Of a stretch of DNA of 50,004 nucleotides, positions 1 to 10,161 are shown one piece after another. The DNA is taken from positions 1 through 50,004 of the forward strand of contig JAADIO010000040.1 of assembly GCA_013151235.1 (NCBI GenBank). Reading direction: 5' to 3'. The position numbers were made by a program, and so were the translations under genes. Under the pieces are notes generated by a model. That model made no database searches. It saw only the letters and a program-made list of their open reading frames with translations, and was not told the origin of the DNA. The DNA comes from Deltaproteobacteria bacterium (lineage in GTDB: Bacteria > CG2-30-53-67). Numbering within the stretch: the stretch's first letter is position 1; each line of letters begins with the position of its first letter.

Positions 1-352
<352 letters not shown>

Positions 353-400
353 CTGTTTAGAGAATAGAAAATCTGAAGCATACTGATATAACCATTCAGA

Positions 401-428
401 AGTTTAGCACATTTCTCAGTCATTGCAA
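401..428 (-). promoter_or_regulatory. possible sigma70 promoter of ssrA
   Basis: Minus strand TTGCAA-16 nt-TAAACT with TG extension, about 50 nt upstream of the mature 5' end. Confidence 0.4.
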
Positions 429-429
429 G

Positions 430-519
430 TAAAACCTGATAAATGCTTTTTTTCCTGACCTCTCTACCCGCCTTCCACGCTACGATGTCCGAGAAATGAT
501 TGATTGGCTGATAGTTCAC
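430..519 (-). pseudogene. N-terminal remnant of a four-helix-bundle (23S rRNA IVP-like) protein gene
   Basis: GAGGGG RBS and GTG start. INHFSDIVAWKAGREVRKKSIYQV resembles the family start (F.DL.AWQKARE...IY). Preceded by short GGAAA(T/A) repeats typical of such genes. Confidence 0.55.
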
Positions 520-546
520 CGCATTTCCCCTCGTTCTCATTTTCTC

Positions 547-579
547 TTTCCTATTTCCAAATTTCCAGTTCCTATTTCC
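547..579. repeat. short tandem 6-8 bp TTCC-core repeats overlapping the smpB stop
   Basis: tttcc-tatttcc-aaatttcc-agttcc-tatttcc. Confidence 0.6.
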
Positions 580-1033
580 TGATCTCTTTCTTCATCGCCC
601 GTTCCATTTCCCGTTTGTCTTCCCGTTTCTTAATGTCCTGCCGTTTGTCGTACTGCCGTTTTCCCTTTGCCAGGGCGAGTTCAACCTTGGCCCGGCCCCG
701 GACGAAATAGACGGAGACGGGGATGAGGGCAAGTCCCTTTTCATGGATCTTGCCGATAAGCCGCCGGATCTCTTTTTTATGCATGAGAAGTTTCCGGGTC
801 CGCAGGGGCTCGTGGTTAGCGATATTGCCATGCGTGTAGGGGCTGATATGCATGCTATGGAGAAAGAGTTCCTCCCCCTCGACCTGGGCATAGCTATCTT
901 TCAGGTTCGCTTTTCCCTCCCGGAGGGATTTGACTTCCGTCCCGGTCAGGACCATCCCCGCCTCAAATTTATCAAGGAAGAAATAGTCCCGGTGGGCCTT
1001 CCGGTTTGTGCAGATGATCTTCTTGCCGGACAT
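572..1033 (-). CDS. smpB: SsrA-binding protein SmpB
   Basis: [41 protein letters not shown] motifs; next to tmRNA. Confidence 0.98.
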   Translation of the reverse strand: MSGKKIICTNRKAHRDYFFLDKFEAGMVLTGTEVKSLREGKANLKDSYAQVEGEELFLHSMHISPYTHGNIANHEPLRTRKLLMHKKEIRRLIGKIHEKGLALIPVSVYFVRGRAKVELALAKGKRQYDKRQDIKKREDKREMERAMKKEIRK

Positions 1034-1165
1034 GCGAGACTCCCTGGATCACAACAGATCGAGAGGGCAGATTACCACAGCCGAACCCCGCAGGCAACAG
1101 GACTTCCCCGGTTGTTGATTTCCGTAAGAAGGAATGCTATGTTGACCGGCAAAAGGAGAATGACT

Positions 1166-2248
1166 ATGAATCCTCTCGACAGCATTCAGGAGAAGGTAAA
1201 ACGGGACGAGCGGATCTCCACGGAGGAGGCCCGAATCCTGCTGGAATCGAAGGACCTGCTCGGTCTCGGCCGGATCGCATCGATCCGGCGGAAGGCAAAG
1301 AACGGAAAACGGGCCTACTTCATCGTCAACCGCCACATCAATCATACCAATATCTGCGTCAACCGATGCCGGTTCTGCGCCTTCAGCCGGAATGCCGATG
1401 CCCCCGACGCCTATACCATGGATCTGTCCGAAGTCCTGGCCCGGGCCGAGGCGGGTGCCGCCGAAGGGGCCTCCGAGTTTCATATCGTGGGGGGACTCCA
1501 TCCCGACCTCCCTTTTGATTACTACCTGAAACTTCTTTCAGGCCTTCGGGACCGTTTTCCGAAGATTCACATCCAGGCCTTTACCGCGGTGGAGATCGAC
1601 TATTTCACAAAACTGACCGGCCGGCCTCTCCCGGAAATCCTCCGCAATCTGAAGGAGGCCGGTCTCGGTTCCCTCCCCGGCGGCGGTGCGGAGATCTTTG
1701 ATCCAGCGGTCCGAAACGCCATCTGCCCGGAGAAAATCTCCGGTGACCGGTGGCTTGAGGTGATGGAGGCCGCCCACAATACAGGCCTCAAATCGAATGC
1801 CACCATGCTCTACGGTCACCTGGAGGATACCGCCTCGCGGATCGACCATATGGCACGGCTCCGCAATCTCCAGGATCGAACGGGCGGGTTCCAGGCCTTC
1901 ATCCCCCTCGCCTTTCATCCGGGAAACACGGCGATCCCCGACCGGGAAATAACAACCGGCATGGAAGACCTCAAGCTTCTCGCCGTCTCCAGAATTTTCC
2001 TCGACAATTTCGACCATATCAAGGCCTTCTGGATCATGCTGGGCGAAAAGATCGCCCAGGTCTCCCTCCACTTCGGTGTCGATGATCTCGACGGAACGGT
2101 CGAGGAAGAAAAGATCACCCATGCCGCAGGGGCACAGACCTCGGAGGCACTCTCAAAAGAGATGCTGGTCCGGATGATCCGTGAGGCGGGCTTTGAACCG
2201 GTCGAGCGGGATACGCTCTATAGAGTGAGCGAAACGAACGGGCGGTGA
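1166..2248 (+). CDS. mqnE: aminofutalosine synthase, radical SAM
   Basis: CxxxCxxC (CVNRCRFC), SLPGGGAEIF, HIKAFWIMLG, FGVDDLDGTVEEEKITHAAGA. AGGAG RBS 7 nt before ATG 1166. Confidence 0.9.
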   Translation: MNPLDSIQEKVKRDERISTEEARILLESKDLLGLGRIASIRRKAKNGKRAYFIVNRHINHTNICVNRCRFCAFSRNADAPDAYTMDLSEVLARAEAGAAEGASEFHIVGGLHPDLPFDYYLKLLSGLRDRFPKIHIQAFTAVEIDYFTKLTGRPLPEILRNLKEAGLGSLPGGGAEIFDPAVRNAICPEKISGDRWLEVMEAAHNTGLKSNATMLYGHLEDTASRIDHMARLRNLQDRTGGFQAFIPLAFHPGNTAIPDREITTGMEDLKLLAVSRIFLDNFDHIKAFWIMLGEKIAQVSLHFGVDDLDGTVEEEKITHAAGAQTSEALSKEMLVRMIREAGFEPVERDTLYRVSETNGR

Positions 2249-2263
2249 AGAAATGTTACGGTT

Positions 2264-3337
2264 ATGACCATTAGGGATTCGTACATCAAAGAAAAAATTG
2301 AGCAGAGAGACCGTCTGGGCTTCGCAGAAGGACTTTACCTCCTGAATGAAGTCGACCTGCTGACCCTCGGGGAATGGGCGACGGAAATTCGGGATAGGAA
2401 ACATCCCGACAGCATCGTTACCTTCGTCATCGACCGGAACATCAACTACACCAACATCTGCATCAATCGCTGCCGCTTCTGCGCCTTCTACCGTGCCCCC
2501 GACGATCCGGAGGCCTATCTTTTAACCCGGGAACAAATCTTTGCGAAGATTGAAGAGACTCTGCAGCAGGGCGGGACACAAATCCTGATGCAGGGGGGGC
2601 TTCATCCGGATCTTTCTCTCGACTGGTTTGAGAAACTTTTTTCCGCCATCAAGGAGGTCTACCCGATCACCCTCCATGCCCTCTCCCCCCCCGAGGTGGT
2701 TCACTTGTCCGAGGTGACGGGCTTCTCCATCGCCGAAGTCATCCGACGGCTTCATGCCGCCGGTCTTGATTCCATCCCCGGCGGGGGCGCCGAAATCCTG
2801 GAAGACCGGGTCCGGACGGCCCTCAGCCCAAAGAAGATCGGTACGGAGAAATGGCTGGCGGTCATGCGGGAGGCCCATCGCCAGGGACTCCGGACAACCG
2901 CGACCATGATGTTCGGGAGCGTGGAAAAACGGGAAGAGCTGATCCGGCACCTGCTTCGGCTTCGCACGCTGCAGGATGAAACGGGCGGATTTACCGCCTT
3001 CATTCCCTGGAGCTACCAGCCGGGAAACACGGAACTGGCCGGAGAGACGGCGACGGGGGTCGAATACCTGCGGATCCTGGCGGTCTCCCGTATTCTCCTC
3101 GACAACTTCGACAATCTTCAGGCCTCCTGGGTGACCCAGGGGGCGAAGATGGGGCAGGTGGCCCTCTTCTTCGGGGCCAACGACATGGGGAGCACCATGC
3201 TCGAGGAGAATGTCGTCGCCGCAGCGGGGGTCTCTCACACCATGACGCCCGACGAGATTGTCCGACTGATCGGGGAGGCCGGTTTTCAGCCGGCCCAGAG
3301 GAACAACGTCTACGAGATACTGAAGAGATTTGAATAA
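2264..3337 (+). CDS. mqnC: cyclic dehypoxanthine futalosine synthase, radical SAM
   Basis: DRNINYTNICINRCRFCAF, QILMQGGLHP, QASWVTQG, GANDMGSTMLEENVVAAAG. Confidence 0.92.
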   Translation: MTIRDSYIKEKIEQRDRLGFAEGLYLLNEVDLLTLGEWATEIRDRKHPDSIVTFVIDRNINYTNICINRCRFCAFYRAPDDPEAYLLTREQIFAKIEETLQQGGTQILMQGGLHPDLSLDWFEKLFSAIKEVYPITLHALSPPEVVHLSEVTGFSIAEVIRRLHAAGLDSIPGGGAEILEDRVRTALSPKKIGTEKWLAVMREAHRQGLRTTATMMFGSVEKREELIRHLLRLRTLQDETGGFTAFIPWSYQPGNTELAGETATGVEYLRILAVSRILLDNFDNLQASWVTQGAKMGQVALFFGANDMGSTMLEENVVAAAGVSHTMTPDEIVRLIGEAGFQPAQRNNVYEILKRFE

Positions 3338-3350
3338 AGGAAACAAACGG

Positions 3351-4229
3351 ATGACATCCTTGCCTCCCATCCGGACCCTGATCCTCGGCGGAAGCGGGGC
3401 CTACACCTTCCCGGTGGATCGTTTCGGTTCAGGGAAGGAAACGGTCCGGGTTCAGACCCCCTTCGGCCCTGCCGCCCCCATCCGGATCGTCGAGATCGGC
3501 GGAGAACCCGTCGGATTTCTCTCCCGTCACGGGGAGACCGGATACAACGTTACCGCCCCTTTCGTGAACTACCGGGCCAACATCTACGCAGCGAAAGAGT
3601 TGGGCGTGGAGCGGATCCTTTCCTGGTCGGGACCGGGCGCCATCGCAGACGCCCTCCGGCCGGGGGACCTGGTCCTTCCCGACGACATGATCGACCTGAC
3701 CCGGAACCGACCGTCCACTTTCTACACCGGAAAGGGAATCGGCTTTATCCGGATGAATCCGGTCTTCTGCCCCGGGATCCATGAGGCCTTCCGGAAAGGA
3801 CTGGCGGCGCTGCACCTTGCCGTCCACGAAGGGGGGACCTACGTCTGCACGGAAGGCCCCAGGCTCGAAACACCGGCCGAGATCCGTTGGATGAAAGGGG
3901 CCGGCGGAGACCTTGTCGGAATGACCCTGGCGCCCGAGGCCTTCCTCGCCCGGGAACTGGAAATCTGTTACGCTCCCTTATGCTATGTCACAAACTACGC
4001 AGAAGGGGTCCGGCCCTTACGCTACGAAAAGGGGGTCCTTTTCGAAGGGACCCTCCCTGAGGAAGAACGACAAAAGATGGAGAGCACCTTCAACCGCTTT
4101 CCCGAGATCATGATTCAGACCCTTTCCCACCTTGCGCAACTCGACCGCGACTGCCCCTGCAAGGATGCCATGCTCCGTTACCGTCTCCGGGGAGACATTG
4201 GGAAGAACTGGCACGACTGGATCGGCTGA
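3351..4229 (+). CDS. MTAP/PNP-family purine nucleoside phosphorylase (Asn-type, probably 6-oxopurine specific)
   Basis: GGSG, TPFG, SRHG, VNYRANIYA, EGPRLETPAE, VGMT, VTNYAEG. Confidence 0.85.
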   Translation: MTSLPPIRTLILGGSGAYTFPVDRFGSGKETVRVQTPFGPAAPIRIVEIGGEPVGFLSRHGETGYNVTAPFVNYRANIYAAKELGVERILSWSGPGAIADALRPGDLVLPDDMIDLTRNRPSTFYTGKGIGFIRMNPVFCPGIHEAFRKGLAALHLAVHEGGTYVCTEGPRLETPAEIRWMKGAGGDLVGMTLAPEAFLARELEICYAPLCYVTNYAEGVRPLRYEKGVLFEGTLPEEERQKMESTFNRFPEIMIQTLSHLAQLDRDCPCKDAMLRYRLRGDIGKNWHDWIG

Positions 4230-4334
4230 ATGATGATCCTCCATAGCCGGGTCTTATGATGAATTTCATAAATTCGCTCTTCCGGATATATTAAATCCGA
4301 TCCGAAGACACAAACTTGGAGTGATTCCGGAAGG

Positions 4335-4540
4335 TTAACCACGATGTCCACAACAAATGTGAATAGCCTGTGGAAATCTGTGTGAAATCAGAACGTCAAA
4401 ACAGACAGGATCAAGCCCCGCAACAAATTGCCCAATAATTAGCCACACGTAAACCTTTTATTTACAATGAGTTACCACAAATCCTCCCCTGGATACAGAA
4501 TATGAGAAGTTTGCCCCAGCTGTCACGTAAACAATTCACA
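4335..4540. promoter_or_regulatory. DnaA-box cluster with Fis- and IHF-like sites (DARS-like element)
   Basis: ATGTCCACA 4344-52, TGTGAATAG 4358-66, TGTGGAAAT 4369-77, TTAGCCACA 4439-47, CAATTCACA 4532-40. Fis-like GCCCAATAATTAGCC 4430-44. IHF-like TTACAATGAGTTA 4462-74. Confidence 0.55.
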
Positions 4541-4824
4541 GCCGAAATAAGAAGATTCATTTAGTCCGGTAAAACAGGGGCCGGGTCGGCATTTCATCTT
4601 GAGGTCTCAACCCTGCTCTTAATCGCCTTCCGCTTGCTCCACGACCTTCGATATCCTCTACCACCCTTTTCAATAACGAGTACAACTCCCTTCGGGAAAA
4701 AGGAGCTGAACGAAACATTTAAAAATCAAACCGGACAGAAGAAGGGCAGGATCATACACCAGGGACCCAGGTCCCGAAAAAGAGCCGTAAACCCTTGTCA
4801 TGCACGGTTTCAGGGGGAAACAAC

Positions 4825-4853
4825 TTGACACCCAAGACCTTTATCTATAATAT
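4825..4853 (+). promoter_or_regulatory. sigma70 promoter of clpC
   Basis: TTGACA 4825-30, then TATAAT 4846-51 (15 nt spacer) or TAATAT 4848-53 (17 nt spacer). AAGGAG RBS downstream. Confidence 0.7.
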
Positions 4854-4883
4854 AAAAACATACACAATAAAAGGAGCTTACGC

Positions 4884-7328
4884 ATGTTTGAACGATTTAC
4901 AGACAAGGCCCGAAGGACCATTATTCTTGCCCGGGAAGAAGCGGAAAAGCACCAGCACGAATACCTCGGAACGGAACATATCCTCCTCGGCATCCTTCGC
5001 GATGATGAGGGACTTCACAGCAAAATCCTGAAGAATTTAGGGATCAATTTCGATCATCTCCGACTGGAAGTGGAACGAAATCTCCCGAAAGGGACCGACA
5101 CACTCACGTTCGGAGAGATTCCCTTCACCCCGAAGGCCCGGAAGGTCCTCGAACTGGCCGTGGAGGAGGCCCGCCTTTTAAATCACAACTACGTGGGGAC
5201 GGAGCATATTCTCCTGGGTCTCGTTCGGGAAGAAGAAGGGATTGCCGGAAATATCCTCCGGGGCATGGGCGCAAGCCTCCTGGGCGCCCGGCAGCAGACC
5301 ATCAACCTTCTCCATCAGTCTTCGGTTCGATCCAAAACCCCAAAACCGAAAAGCAGCACTCCGGCCCTGGACGAATTCGGGCGGGACTTTACCGATCTGG
5401 CCCGCCGGAACGAACTCGATCCGGTCGTCGGCCGGAACGATGAGATTGAGCGGGTCCTCCAGATCTTAAGCCGCCGGACGAAGAACAACCCCGTCCTCAT
5501 CGGTGAACCGGGTGTCGGCAAAACGGCCATCGTGGAGGGGCTGGCTCAACGGATCGTCAACGGCGACGTCCCGTTGGGACTGACGAACAGGAAGGTAATC
5601 GCCCTTGATTTGGGTTCCCTCGTGGCCGGCACCAAGTACCGCGGCCAGTTCGAGGAACGCCTCAAAATCGTCCTCAAGGAGATCGTCTCCTCCAACAATC
5701 AGATCATCATCTTCATCGATGAACTCCATACCCTCGTAGGCGCCGGCGCCGCCGAGGGATCGCTGGACGCCTCGAACATGCTGAAACCGGCCCTCGCCCG
5801 GGGAGAGATCCAGTGCATCGGCGCCACGACCTTCGACGAGTACCGCAAGTATATCGAGAAAGACGGGGCGCTGGAACGCCGATTCCAGACGATCAACGTG
5901 AATGCCCCTTCCGTGGAGGAAACGATCCGGATCATTCAGGGACTTCGAAGCCGTTACGAGGAACATCATAACAGCGTCATTACCGACGATGCGATCGAGG
6001 CGGCGGCACGCTATTCCGACCGGTACATCACGAACAAGTTCCTGCCCGACAAGGCCATCGACGTGATCGATGAGGCCGGGTCCCGGTCAAAACTGCAGAA
6101 GTTTACTCTCCCCAAGGAGCTGAAGGAGATGCAGAGCCGGATCAAGGAGATCACGGAACAGAAAAACCTCTACATCCATCTTCAGGAATTCGAAAAGGCC
6201 GCCCGTTTCCGGGATCAGGAAGACAAGATCAAGGAAGAGTTCAACGCCGCGAAAAAGGCCTGGCGGGAGGAACGGGAATCGAGCAAGTCCCAGGTCGATG
6301 CGGAAGATATCGCCTATGTCATCTCCAAGATGACGGGCGTCCCGATCTACAAACTCGCAGAACAGGAAAGCGAAAAGCTTCTCCGGATGGAAGAGGAACT
6401 GCACAAGCGGATCGTCGGACAGGATGAAGCCATTGCGGCAATCTCCCGGGCCATTCGCCGTTCCCGGGCCGGCATGAAGAGCCGCAAGAAACCGATCGGG
6501 TCCTTTATCTTTCTCGGCCCCACCGGCGTGGGCAAGACCGAACTTGCCCGGGCCCTGGCGGAATTTCTCTTCGACAGTGAGGATGCCCTGATCCGGGTCG
6601 ATATGTCGGAATACATGGAACGCTTCAGTGTCTCCGGCCTCACCGGCGCACCTCCGGGTTACGTCGGTTACGAAGAGGGAGGGCAGCTCACGGAAAAGGT
6701 GAAGCGGCGTCCCTACTCAGTTGTCCTGTTGGACGAGATTGAAAAGGCCCATCCCGACCTTTTCAACATTTTATTGCAGGTCCTCGATGACGGGCGGCTC
6801 ACCGACAACTACGGCCGGGCCATCGATTTCAACAATACCGTATTGATCATGACCTCCAACCTGGGGACCCGCCAGATCGGCAAGGGGGCTTCCCTCGGAT
6901 TTCAGCAGGAGGGAGATGCTACCGCCATGGAAAAGATGCGGGAAGAGGTCATGAGCGCAGTCAAGAAGACCTTCAACCCGGAGTTCAGGAACCGAGTTGA
7001 CGAGATTGTAATATTTCACCCTCTCGACAAGGAGCATATCTCCTCGATCATTGATATCCTGATCCGGCAGCTCAACGAAGAGATCATCGACAAGGGATTC
7101 AAGATCATCGTCTCCGATGAAGCCAAAGAATATCTGATCGAAAAAGGATACGAACCTTCCTACGGCGCCCGGCCCCTGAAACGGGCCATTCAGAAATATA
7201 TCTCCGATCCGATCGCCGACGAGATCCTGAAGGGTCATTTCAAAACGGCCTACGCCATCCGGGTCACCATGAAAGGCGTCGACCTTTGCTTCGAGGGGGT
7301 GACCGAGCAACAGCTCACCGAGGTGTAA
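4884..7328 (+). CDS. clpC: ATP-dependent Clp protease ATP-binding subunit ClpC
   Basis: MFERFT start, two Clp_N repeats (GTEHILLG), Walker A GEPGVGKT and [11 protein letters not shown]-type middle domain ([11 protein letters not shown]), LGF ClpP-binding loop, 814 aa. Confidence 0.93.
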   Translation: MFERFTDKARRTIILAREEAEKHQHEYLGTEHILLGILRDDEGLHSKILKNLGINFDHLRLEVERNLPKGTDTLTFGEIPFTPKARKVLELAVEEARLLNHNYVGTEHILLGLVREEEGIAGNILRGMGASLLGARQQTINLLHQSSVRSKTPKPKSSTPALDEFGRDFTDLARRNELDPVVGRNDEIERVLQILSRRTKNNPVLIGEPGVGKTAIVEGLAQRIVNGDVPLGLTNRKVIALDLGSLVAGTKYRGQFEERLKIVLKEIVSSNNQIIIFIDELHTLVGAGAAEGSLDASNMLKPALARGEIQCIGATTFDEYRKYIEKDGALERRFQTINVNAPSVEETIRIIQGLRSRYEEHHNSVITDDAIEAAARYSDRYITNKFLPDKAIDVIDEAGSRSKLQKFTLPKELKEMQSRIKEITEQKNLYIHLQEFEKAARFRDQEDKIKEEFNAAKKAWREERESSKSQVDAEDIAYVISKMTGVPIYKLAEQESEKLLRMEEELHKRIVGQDEAIAAISRAIRRSRAGMKSRKKPIGSFIFLGPTGVGKTELARALAEFLFDSEDALIRVDMSEYMERFSVSGLTGAPPGYVGYEEGGQLTEKVKRRPYSVVLLDEIEKAHPDLFNILLQVLDDGRLTDNYGRAIDFNNTVLIMTSNLGTRQIGKGASLGFQQEGDATAMEKMREEVMSAVKKTFNPEFRNRVDEIVIFHPLDKEHISSIIDILIRQLNEEIIDKGFKIIVSDEAKEYLIEKGYEPSYGARPLKRAIQKYISDPIADEILKGHFKTAYAIRVTMKGVDLCFEGVTEQQLTEV

Positions 7329-7358
7329 AAACCTTCCATCATAAAATGATGTCATCCG

Positions 7359-7388
7359 GAGAGAGGTGTTTCACCTCTCTCTTTTTTT
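7359..7388 (+). terminator. intrinsic terminator of clpC
   Basis: GAGAGAGGTG-TTT-CACCTCTCTC followed by T7. Confidence 0.85.
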
Positions 7389-7481
7389 GCAGGAATCATT
7401 TGAAATCTCCCCGCAAAAGCGGTATCTTCCAGAGAAAATTTCCAAAAACCGTCACTACCCCGAAAAGCCCAAAGTCATTTT

Positions 7482-9044
7482 ATGAAAACTTCCGCCTTTG
7501 ACACTGCGCGTATTGTCTTTCTCATTTTTCTCATCCTGGTTACCCCGGACTGTGCCAGGAACCCCGTCAGCCATCATTACGAGATCACCCTGATGAGCAG
7601 TGCGGAGGAAGTCACGATCGGCAAGGAACAAAACAAGGCAATCCTGAAGCTCTACAAGAAATATAACGACAAGAAACTTCAGAAGTATATCGATACGATC
7701 GGGCAAAAGCTCGTCGCCGTGGCCCATCACCGCCCCTTCAAATATCATTTCACACTCATCGACTCGGGAGAGATCAATGCCTTCGCCATGCCGGGAGGAT
7801 ACGTCTACATCAATCGCGGGATCCTCACGCAGAGCAACTCCGAGGCGGAGGTCGCCTCCGTCATCGGTCATGAAATCGGTCATATCACTGCCCGGCACCA
7901 TGCCCGCCAACAGGTACGGGCCATGGGACTCTCCATCGGTTCCATGATCGCCACCGTCTTCCTGGGCCAGGCCGGCATCTACCTTCAACGCTACATCGAT
8001 CTCCTCTTCAGCGGGATTTACCAGAGTTTCGGCCGGCAGGCCGAGCTCCAGGCAGACGAATTAGGCCAGGAATATGCTGCGGCCGCTGGATGGGACCCGA
8101 GGGCGGAGACAACGTTTCTCAAGACCCTGGACCGTCTTGAGCACGGACGGGACCGCTCCGTCTTCCACGGGTTCTTCGCCTCCCATCCCGAGACCTACGA
8201 ACGGATCGAAAAAGCCGAGACCCGGGCCGGCCGGATTCTTGCGTCAGCCCGGAAGCCGCTGAAAACCGGGAGGAAGGATCTCCTGCGCAGGCTCGACGGC
8301 ATCTCTTACGGGAACCGTCCGGAGCTGGGTGAGTTTGAAGACAGCCTTTACCGTAACGCCAAGTTCGGCATTTCCGTCCGGTTCCCAAAAGACTGGGAAA
8401 ATTTTTCTTCCGAAGGAATCGTTGTCTCCCGCCGTCCTGATACCAGCGAATTTGTCCAGTTAATTACGGCCCAGCCAAAGAAGAAGCATTACCTGGATCA
8501 GCTCACCTCGAAAGAGGACTACTTCATCAAGCTCCGGGAAATGGCGGGGCAGTTTGAAGACAAAAGCGGTTGGCGGCGAAATTCGGAAAGCAGGACCGTC
8601 ATCAACAAGATCCCCACCTTTGTTACGACCTACCAGCTCCAGAGCGGCCTCGGCCGATTCTATTCCGTACAGGGCCACTTCATCATCGTCGAAAAAAATC
8701 TCTTCATTCTCCTGGCTTTCGTACCGGTCGGGCAGGAAAGCCTGGCCGACTACTACTTCCAGAAAGTTTTTCAGTCGGTCCGCCGCCTCAATGAAGCCGA
8801 ACGGGAGGCGCTGAAACCAAGGATCATCCGGATCCACGAGGTACGGAAAAAGGAAACCTTCGAATCAATCGCACGGGAATATTACGGCTCCGACGATAAG
8901 GCCCGGCAGATCGCCGAGTTCAACGGCTATGCCTCCGCCCTTTATCCTGCGCCGGGGGATCTTTTGAAGATCATTGTTCGGAGCAAGGAGGTCCCAAAGA
9001 GAGGATCCCCCCGGAATGACGAAAAGGATAAAAAAGAGGAATAA
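7482..9044 (+). CDS. M48-family zinc metalloprotease with C-terminal LysM domain, exported or lipoprotein-like
   Basis: Hydrophobic N-terminus ending in CARNPV; INAFAMPGG, HEIGH (HExxH), ELQAD, FASHP; LysM-like HEVRKKETFESIA...IAEFNG...PGDLLKI. Confidence 0.85.
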   Translation: MKTSAFDTARIVFLIFLILVTPDCARNPVSHHYEITLMSSAEEVTIGKEQNKAILKLYKKYNDKKLQKYIDTIGQKLVAVAHHRPFKYHFTLIDSGEINAFAMPGGYVYINRGILTQSNSEAEVASVIGHEIGHITARHHARQQVRAMGLSIGSMIATVFLGQAGIYLQRYIDLLFSGIYQSFGRQAELQADELGQEYAAAAGWDPRAETTFLKTLDRLEHGRDRSVFHGFFASHPETYERIEKAETRAGRILASARKPLKTGRKDLLRRLDGISYGNRPELGEFEDSLYRNAKFGISVRFPKDWENFSSEGIVVSRRPDTSEFVQLITAQPKKKHYLDQLTSKEDYFIKLREMAGQFEDKSGWRRNSESRTVINKIPTFVTTYQLQSGLGRFYSVQGHFIIVEKNLFILLAFVPVGQESLADYYFQKVFQSVRRLNEAEREALKPRIIRIHEVRKKETFESIAREYYGSDDKARQIAEFNGYASALYPAPGDLLKIIVRSKEVPKRGSPRNDEKDKKEE

Positions 9045-9058
9045 TCGCCTGGAAAGAG

Positions 9059-9182
9059 GGAAAGGGGTCATCAAAGGGGTCAAGTCTGCTCTTGGCTCTT
9101 CTCTTGGATGGACGAGGGATTGGATGATGCTTTTTGTTGGCAGAAGAGCCAAGAGCAGACTTGACCCCTTTGACCCTTTTCC
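9059..9182. repeat. REP/MITE-like palindromic element with doubled GGGGTCA...TGACCC ends
   Basis: Perfect 32-bp inverted repeat 9071-9102/9142-9173 plus a 12-bp outer copy with one mismatch. Lies between convergent genes. Confidence 0.8.
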
Positions 9183-9200
9183 ACTGTTCGGCCGGCAGGT

Positions 9201-10142
9201 TTATTCCGTGCGGCGATCCTTGAAGTAGTTGCTCCCCTTCTTTCCTTTGACGAACTTTTTAACCTCGGCGGCAATGGCGCTGATCTCGCCGAAATGGGCA
9301 AAGACGCGTCGCTCGTTGGTCACCACGGCGATGGAGAGGGACATGATCGGAAAGGTGGCGGGGTTCCCCTGCCGGTCGACGGTCTCGATCTTCCGTTTCA
9401 TCCGGTCCTCTTCGTCATAGAACGTGGTGACGATGAGATCGAAGTTCTTCAGGATCTCTTCGCAGACGCAGTCAACGGAGTCAGGCGGAACGAGAAAGAC
9501 AAAGTCATCCCCGCCCACATGACCGACAAAGCTCCCTTCGGGCGTATGCTCGCGAACCCCGTTGGTAATCACCCTGGCCGTCATCCGGATCACCTCATCT
9601 CCCCGTGAAAACCCGTATTTGTCATTGAAGGCCTTGAAATAATCGAGATCGGCGTATCCGACGGCGAAGGGGAGATTCCCATCGAGGTAGCGCTGGACTT
9701 CTTTCAGAATCGACTGGTTGCCCGGCAGCCGGGTCAAGGGGTTTGCATCGAGGGACCGGGAGATCCGGGAGAAGGCAAGGGAGACCCGCATGAGAACCTC
9801 TTCCGACTTGAAGGGCTTGACCAGAACGTCGTCGGCCTGCACCTCGCTCCAGTCGATCCCGGCGGGATCGGCACCTTCCGAAAGCATCAGAAGAAGGGGA
9901 AGATGACCGAAGATATTTTCCTTCTTGAGTTCCCGGCAGACTCCATCGCCGCCGAGACCGGGAAGATCCCGGGCGATCAGGATCAGGTCGGGCGGTTCCG
10001 AATAGATGAGATCGAGGGCTTCATTCCCGTCCCCCGAGGAATAAGTCCGATATCCCGCCCCGTTCAGCAGATGCTGCAGCGTTGCAATGATCCCCGGTTC
10101 CTGATCGACAATGAGGACGCGTCTTGCCGGGCTCTTCTCCAT
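9201..10142 (-). CDS. response regulator diguanylate cyclase (REC-GGDEF)
   Basis: N-terminal REC; NPLTRLPGN, DLDYFKAFNDKYGFSRGD, HVGGDDF. Start at MEKSP after GAGGAAGG. Confidence 0.88.
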   Translation of the reverse strand: MEKSPARRVLIVDQEPGIIATLQHLLNGAGYRTYSSGDGNEALDLIYSEPPDLILIARDLPGLGGDGVCRELKKENIFGHLPLLLMLSEGADPAGIDWSEVQADDVLVKPFKSEEVLMRVSLAFSRISRSLDANPLTRLPGNQSILKEVQRYLDGNLPFAVGYADLDYFKAFNDKYGFSRGDEVIRMTARVITNGVREHTPEGSFVGHVGGDDFVFLVPPDSVDCVCEEILKNFDLIVTTFYDEEDRMKRKIETVDRQGNPATFPIMSLSIAVVTNERRVFAHFGEISAIAAEVKKFVKGKKGSNYFKDRRTE

Positions 10143-10161
10143 GAAGGCACCTTCCTCAAGA

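Noticed and set aside
743-1165. 140-aa N-terminal extension of the 501-aa radical SAM ORF
   Set aside because: It overlaps smpB antisense. RBS and homology begin at 1166.
1166-3337. Tandem radical SAM genes as RiPP maturases or CofH
   Set aside because: C-terminal motifs match MqnE and MqnC; no SPASM/RRE domain or precursor peptide.
4335-4540. oriC
   Set aside because: Boxes are degenerate, there is no clear DUE or DnaA-trio array, and no dnaA/dnaN/gidA nearby. Kept only as DARS-like.
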